From positions 124,001-188,000 of the forward strand of contig VJWM01000106.1 of assembly GCA_010909165.1 (NCBI GenBank): DNA of 64,000 bases, given 5' to 3'. This DNA is from Anthoceros angustus (taxonomy: Eukaryota; Plantae; Anthocerotophyta). The notes under the pieces were generated by a model that was given only the letters and a program-made list of their open reading frames with translations, was not told the origin of the DNA and did no database searches. The number at the start of each line of letters is the position of its first letter. The first letter of the stretch is position 1. The position numbers and the translations under genes are program-made. Of the stretch, positions 59,297 to 64,000 are shown piece after piece.

Positions 59297-62290
59297 TCAC
59301 AGTCTCTCTTGCTCCTTATTGATCTCTGAGTGCAGGGCTTGTACCTTTTCTATCACTTGTGAGCTCTCCGGGTGGCTTTTATCTCCTACCAGGAAGGAGT
59401 GCAGTGTCTGATTACACTCAACCCAGCTCAAGCCAGGCTGCTTCTTGTTCGCGACAGCGGTTCTCCCTAGGTCTAGAATCTTTCGTGCATCTTCCATCAT
59501 GTTAGCATCTGCAAATATGTTGGACATCACTAAATACTGGGCACTGTTTTGTGGGTCCAGAGCTACAGCACGCTCGAAGGCTCGTCTGCCGAGATCCACA
59601 TTGCTATGCTTTCGGCATGCTCCAAGCAAGCACACCCACAGCCCCAGATTGGGCTCCACACTCATCTCTGTCAGCGCAGTCTCCACTTCTGTGAACATAC
59701 CAGCGCGTCCAAGCATGTCAACCAAGGCTACATAATGGTCCTGTGTCATCGTCAAGGTATGGTCCCTCCTCATGGCCTCAAAACACTCCAAACCTTCCTT
59801 CACCAAGCCTGAATGGCTGCATGCCACAAGGACGGACAAGTATGTCACACCATCTGGCGGTATGCCTGCCAGTTGCATTTCCTTGAAGCATTCCAGGCTC
59901 TTTTCACCTTCACCTTGTCGGGCATATCCTGCAATTAGCGCACTCCACGAAAACACATCATGTTGTGGCAGAGTGTTGAACACATTCCTAGCATCCACCA
60001 TGCTTCCACATTTACCATACGCATGAATGAGAGTGGTTGCTACTTGTGTGTCAGACTGGATTCCGGCCTCAATGATCTCGGAATGGATCTGAGAGCACAT
60101 ATTCAAGCACCCCCTGTTGCTGCAAGCTCGAAGGACGCTGAGAAAGGTAGCCTTATTTGGTGAGACACCCTGCTTCCACATCTCCTGGTACACTTGCATC
60201 GCTTCCTCACTTCCCTCTTGTGCAGCATATCCTGCAATCAATGTTGTCCATGACACCTCATCCCGAACGGGGAGCAGGTCGAATACCCGGCACGCGTCTA
60301 TCATGCTCCCATGGTTGGCGTACAGATTGATGAGAGTGTTGGCAACGAACAAGTCTGACCCATACCCAGCTCTAACAATGTCCACATGTATGTCCTGCAC
60401 CTTGCGCAGGCTCTCGTGTTTCACATACCCACTTGCATCAGGTGTGGCGTCTTCTGTGGCTGCCATGCTGCCACATGCTTTGAGCACGCTGCCGAAGGTC
60501 CAGGTATCTGGCTTGACGCCTGCAATGCACATTTGCTTGTATATTTGCAGAGCCTTCTCACCTTGCTGTTGCTGAGCATATCCAACAATCATTGTATTCC
60601 AGGACACGACATCTCGTGATGGCAAGCTATCAAACACATGCTGTGCATCCAACATGCTCCCGCACTTTGCGTACATGTCAGCCAGAGCAGTGCCAACAAA
60701 TATTTCTGACTCCAAGCCCAGTGCCACCACATCTGCGTGTATCTTCTTGCCCTTGTGCAGGCAGCCTGCTTTGATCCGTTGGCCATCAAGAAGAACGGGT
60801 TGCTCCAAGGCTGCTAGACTGCCACAAGATTTGAGCACACTGGCAAAGGTCCGCTTATCCGGCTTCATTCCTTGTACTTGCATTTTGTCATACAGTTCCA
60901 ATGCTCGTCCTCCATGTGCTTGCTGGGCGTATCCTGTGATCATTGCTGTCCATGACACCACATCGTGCGTCGGCAAGGTGTGGAAAACCAGCTCGGCATG
61001 GACCACGGAACCGCACTTCACATACATGTCAACAATAGTTGCACCGACAAACAGATCAGACTGATGTTGTCCTGAGACCAGTTCAGCATGCACCTTAAGG
61101 CCCCTTTGCAGAGACCCCAGCTTGAGCAACTCCCCATCCACCAGTGTAGCCTCTTCCCCAACTGCCAAGCTCCCGCACACCTTGAGCAGACTGACAAACG
61201 TGCGGTCGTTTGGCCTTAGCCCTTGTGCTTGCATGAGGTCATACAACTGAAAAGCCTCATCCCCCTGCTCATGCTGGGCATACCCTGATAACATTGCATT
61301 CCAAGCAACCACATTCCGCCTGGGCAGCATGTCGAAGACATCCTGTGCATCCACCATGCTGCCCAGCTTGGCGTACATGCTCACAAGACTGGCTCCCACA
61401 AAGACATCAGCTTCCAAGCCTCTTCCCAAGACCTCGGCATGTATCTCCTTCGCCTTCTCAAGATGCCTCTGCCGCTCACCCTTGCCGGCCAAACTGCCAC
61501 AAGCCTTGAGAACACTTACAAACGTCCGGTCATTAGGCACGACACCATCTTCCCGCATCCGGGCATAGAACTCCAAGGCCTTCTCACCGTCTCCTTCCTG
61601 ACCAAACCCTGCGATCATGGCTGTCCATGTGACTACATCACGTCGGCCCATTCCCTCAAATACGCGCTCTGCATCCCCTGTGCTCCCACAGCTCAGGTAC
61701 GCTGAGGCCAGACTATTCCCAACAAACAGGTCCATCTGACACCCATTCGCAACCACCTCAGACTGAACCTCCTTCACTTGCTGCAGCCAACCAGCCTTCC
61801 TGGATGCAGATCGCTCCCTCACTGCCAGAGCATTGCAAGCTTTCAGCACACTAACAAACGTCCGGTTGTCTGGCTTTACACCTCCCTGCACCATTTTCCT
61901 GTACAGGTGCAAGGCCTTGTCCCATTGATCCTGCTGAACGTAGCCAGAGATCATGCTATTCCAGATACCAACACTGGGCTGGGCCAGCCCGTGGAAAAAC
62001 CTTTCCGCATCCACCATGCTCCCACATTTTGCGTACATCCCAACCAGAGCTGTTCCCAAAAACACATCCGATGCCCAGTCGTGTGCCACCATGTCGGCAT
62101 GAATTTTTCTGCCATACTCCAGATCCACAAGGCTTCCACATGCTTTCAGCACGCTGAGCAGGATCTGCTTGCTTGGCTTGCCTCCTCTCGTCTGTAGCTC
62201 CTTGTGTTTTCTCAAAGCTTGCCGGTGCACATCCTGAGCCTCCCTTGAGATTGTGGCGTCCCAGGCCAAGACACTGGGTTGTGCCAACAT
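59297..62290 (-). CDS. PLS-class PPR protein with E1/E2/E+ extension and no DYW deaminase
   Basis: 997-aa intact single ORF of repeated P-L-S triplets (LVxMYAKCGS..DA, DVVSW.AMI.GYAQ, PxxRTFVSVLKAC). Ends LLGACRKH...KQPGLSWVE...FLVGDKSHP. Confidence 0.96.
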   Translation of the reverse strand: MLAQPSVLAWDATISREAQDVHRQALRKHKELQTRGGKPSKQILLSVLKACGSLVDLEYGRKIHADMVAHDWASDVFLGTALVGMYAKCGSMVDAERFFHGLAQPSVGIWNSMISGYVQQDQWDKALHLYRKMVQGGVKPDNRTFVSVLKACNALAVRERSASRKAGWLQQVKEVQSEVVANGCQMDLFVGNSLASAYLSCGSTGDAERVFEGMGRRDVVTWTAMIAGFGQEGDGEKALEFYARMREDGVVPNDRTFVSVLKACGSLAGKGERQRHLEKAKEIHAEVLGRGLEADVFVGASLVSMYAKLGSMVDAQDVFDMLPRRNVVAWNAMLSGYAQHEQGDEAFQLYDLMQAQGLRPNDRTFVSLLKVCGSLAVGEEATLVDGELLKLGSLQRGLKVHAELVSGQHQSDLFVGATIVDMYVKCGSVVHAELVFHTLPTHDVVSWTAMITGYAQQAHGGRALELYDKMQVQGMKPDKRTFASVLKSCGSLAALEQPVLLDGQRIKAGCLHKGKKIHADVVALGLESEIFVGTALADMYAKCGSMLDAQHVFDSLPSRDVVSWNTMIVGYAQQQQGEKALQIYKQMCIAGVKPDTWTFGSVLKACGSMAATEDATPDASGYVKHESLRKVQDIHVDIVRAGYGSDLFVANTLINLYANHGSMIDACRVFDLLPVRDEVSWTTLIAGYAAQEGSEEAMQVYQEMWKQGVSPNKATFLSVLRACSNRGCLNMCSQIHSEIIEAGIQSDTQVATTLIHAYGKCGSMVDARNVFNTLPQHDVFSWSALIAGYARQGEGEKSLECFKEMQLAGIPPDGVTYLSVLVACSHSGLVKEGLECFEAMRRDHTLTMTQDHYVALVDMLGRAGMFTEVETALTEMSVEPNLGLWVCLLGACRKHSNVDLGRRAFERAVALDPQNSAQYLVMSNIFADANMMEDARKILDLGRTAVANKKQPGLSWVECNQTLHSFLVGDKSHPESSQVIEKVQALHSEINKEQERL

Positions 62291-62493
62291 ACTGAACTAC
62301 GAGATGATTTTCTAGCTGGAGCAGACGCTATAACATGTACATACTGCTTCAACGTGGGGTGTTTCCTTCCTTGACATGCACATATTCTGCAGCTGGTGTT
62401 TGAGTCCTTGTAGAAGAGGAAGGCCCAGCAAAGACTCAGAGCTGGGGATGCCGCTGATGAGCAGTCTGTGTGGCACGTAAAGGACGCAACATT

Positions 62494-64000
62494 ATGTTCT
62501 CCTGTTCCGTTACAAGCGTCGGCGAGCAGGCGTCGGCTGGCCTCTCGTGTCATGTGCTTGATATTTGCAACACTCGGATACTCCTCGAGTGCCCTCTTGA
62601 TCTGAATGCTTCTTTGCTGTTTTTGCCTGCTCTGACTGCCGAGCGTGGCGCGGATGGCCTCTCTGCCCTTCCAGACCCCGATGCTCAGCATGTCAGCAAG
62701 AAGCAGAAGGTGGTGGACAGCTCGTCGTGGTCGTCGAAAGAGGGGGGCTTGCCACATCCTTTCAAGGAGGTTCACAGGAAGGTGTTTGTTGAGCAGGAGC
62801 CATGGTACAAGTTGGCCGACCTTGGGACCCTGGACTGGTCCTCCATCGACGCTGTGTTGATTTCAAACCCCAAGGCCATGCTGGGCTTACCGTATCTGAT
62901 GCAGAAGCCTGGATTTTGTGGCAAGGTATCTCGTTTGCAAACTGTTTTTCATTCGTCTGTGCTCCTGTTGTTGCTGCTGCTGTTTTTTTTACTTTTTGTG
63001 TCGGAATGGTGGTGGCTCTCTGAGCTGATGCTTCCTGTTTGTTCAGGTGTATGTTACTGATGCCGTAGCCAAGCTTGGCCAACTTATGATGGAGGAAATT
63101 ATTGCATTGCATGTGGACTACACTGCACAATTCGGAACATCAGACTCTGGGCAGCGTCCCCTTTGGCTGGAGCTAAGCGTGCTGCCAAGACTAAAGGACT
63201 TGGTTGTTGGTGCCAAGCCTTGGCATAAGTGTAACTGGCACCCAATTTACAGGTCAAGCTTGTCTCTCAGTTTGAGTATGTGCATTGACTACTCTGCGTT
63301 GCTGGTGCATGCGATTGTGCAGACTGGTGGTGTGAGCGTTGTTTTACTGTGGTTAGAACAAGAATATCTACTTCAGCAGAATGATGTGACCAATTTATAT
63401 GGGGTGTTTTTTTCTTGTGCAGTGCAGGAAATCTGAGGACTTGCATGAAGATGCTGCACCGCCTCCGATATGGAGAGGTTGCTAGCATAGATGGGTACCT
63501 GGAGATCAAACCTGTGAGCTCTGGCCAAGGAGTTGGAACAGCAAACTGGATCATCACGGGAGCGGATACAAGACTTGCTTACATTTCAGGAGCTTTGTTT
63601 TGTGATAACCATTCTAGCATCTTCAATGCTGCAGCTCTTTCAGGCAGCCATTTCCTGCTGTTTGGAGAAGTAGAACCCGTAGACATAGAGCCCAGTTCGT
63701 CTCTTCTCAAGATTGATGGGGAGACATGCTCCGAGAGTGTAGATTGTGTCCCTTCTGAGAATAAGGCTGGCACTGCCGTAGGAGGGGATTCCCGAGCTAA
63801 GCCACCACCGGCTAAGAGGTCAAGTAGTTCACGAACCCCTTCCTTGCGTAACGTCTCCAATGCAAGGGTGCTGACACAGAAATCGCGCTCAAGTGAGAGC
63901 GAGTCACCACCAGTGCCTCCACCCAAGTTTTCTAGGCAGGGGAGCTCCAACAGTTATGCTACCGCTCAGCAGATTCTAACAGTGGAATGGAAGTTGAATT
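62494..64000 (+). CDS. INTS9: Integrator complex subunit 9 (MBL/beta-CASP), 5' part; exons 62494-62925, 63047-63252, 63423 to beyond window
   Basis: CHVLDICNTRILLECPLDL, IDAVLISNPKAMLGLPYL, VYVTDAVAKLGQLMMEE, LRYGE...SSGQGVGTANWII. Confidence 0.92.

Overview
Eukaryotic nuclear DNA from a land plant. The compact genes, ~80-120 bp introns and a PLS-class PPR with inserted helices suggest a seed-free lineage such as a hornwort or lycophyte (inference). Layout: (1) an intronless rhomboid protease gene at 0.7-1.7 kb; (2) a ~44 kb nested transposon island at ~3-47 kb; (3) a dense cluster of intact host genes at 47.6-64 kb (FZL, a SET/LSMT-like gene, IGR/mS41, tRNA-Ala, a PLS-E+ PPR gene and INTS9). 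The island holds a full-length Ty1/copia element with non-canonical TA...TA LTR ends, a Ty3/gypsy-like gag followed by a C5-cytosine methyltransferase, a second rearranged gypsy gag-pol fragment, and several copies of a ~4.5 kb TGTGG...CCACA element that looks like a giant solo LTR with its own ORF. It also holds a CRE-type non-LTR element split by a 9-kb Sola1-like TIR transposon, which carries a divergent gene with ParB-like and beta-class N4C/N6A DNA methyltransferase motifs. A ~19.6 kb inversion can be reconstructed from a split TSD and a split gag. The TE ORFs are full of 1-bp indels that may partly be uncorrected long-read errors, so their pseudogene status is uncertain. All domain calls come from motifs recognised by eye; no searches were run.
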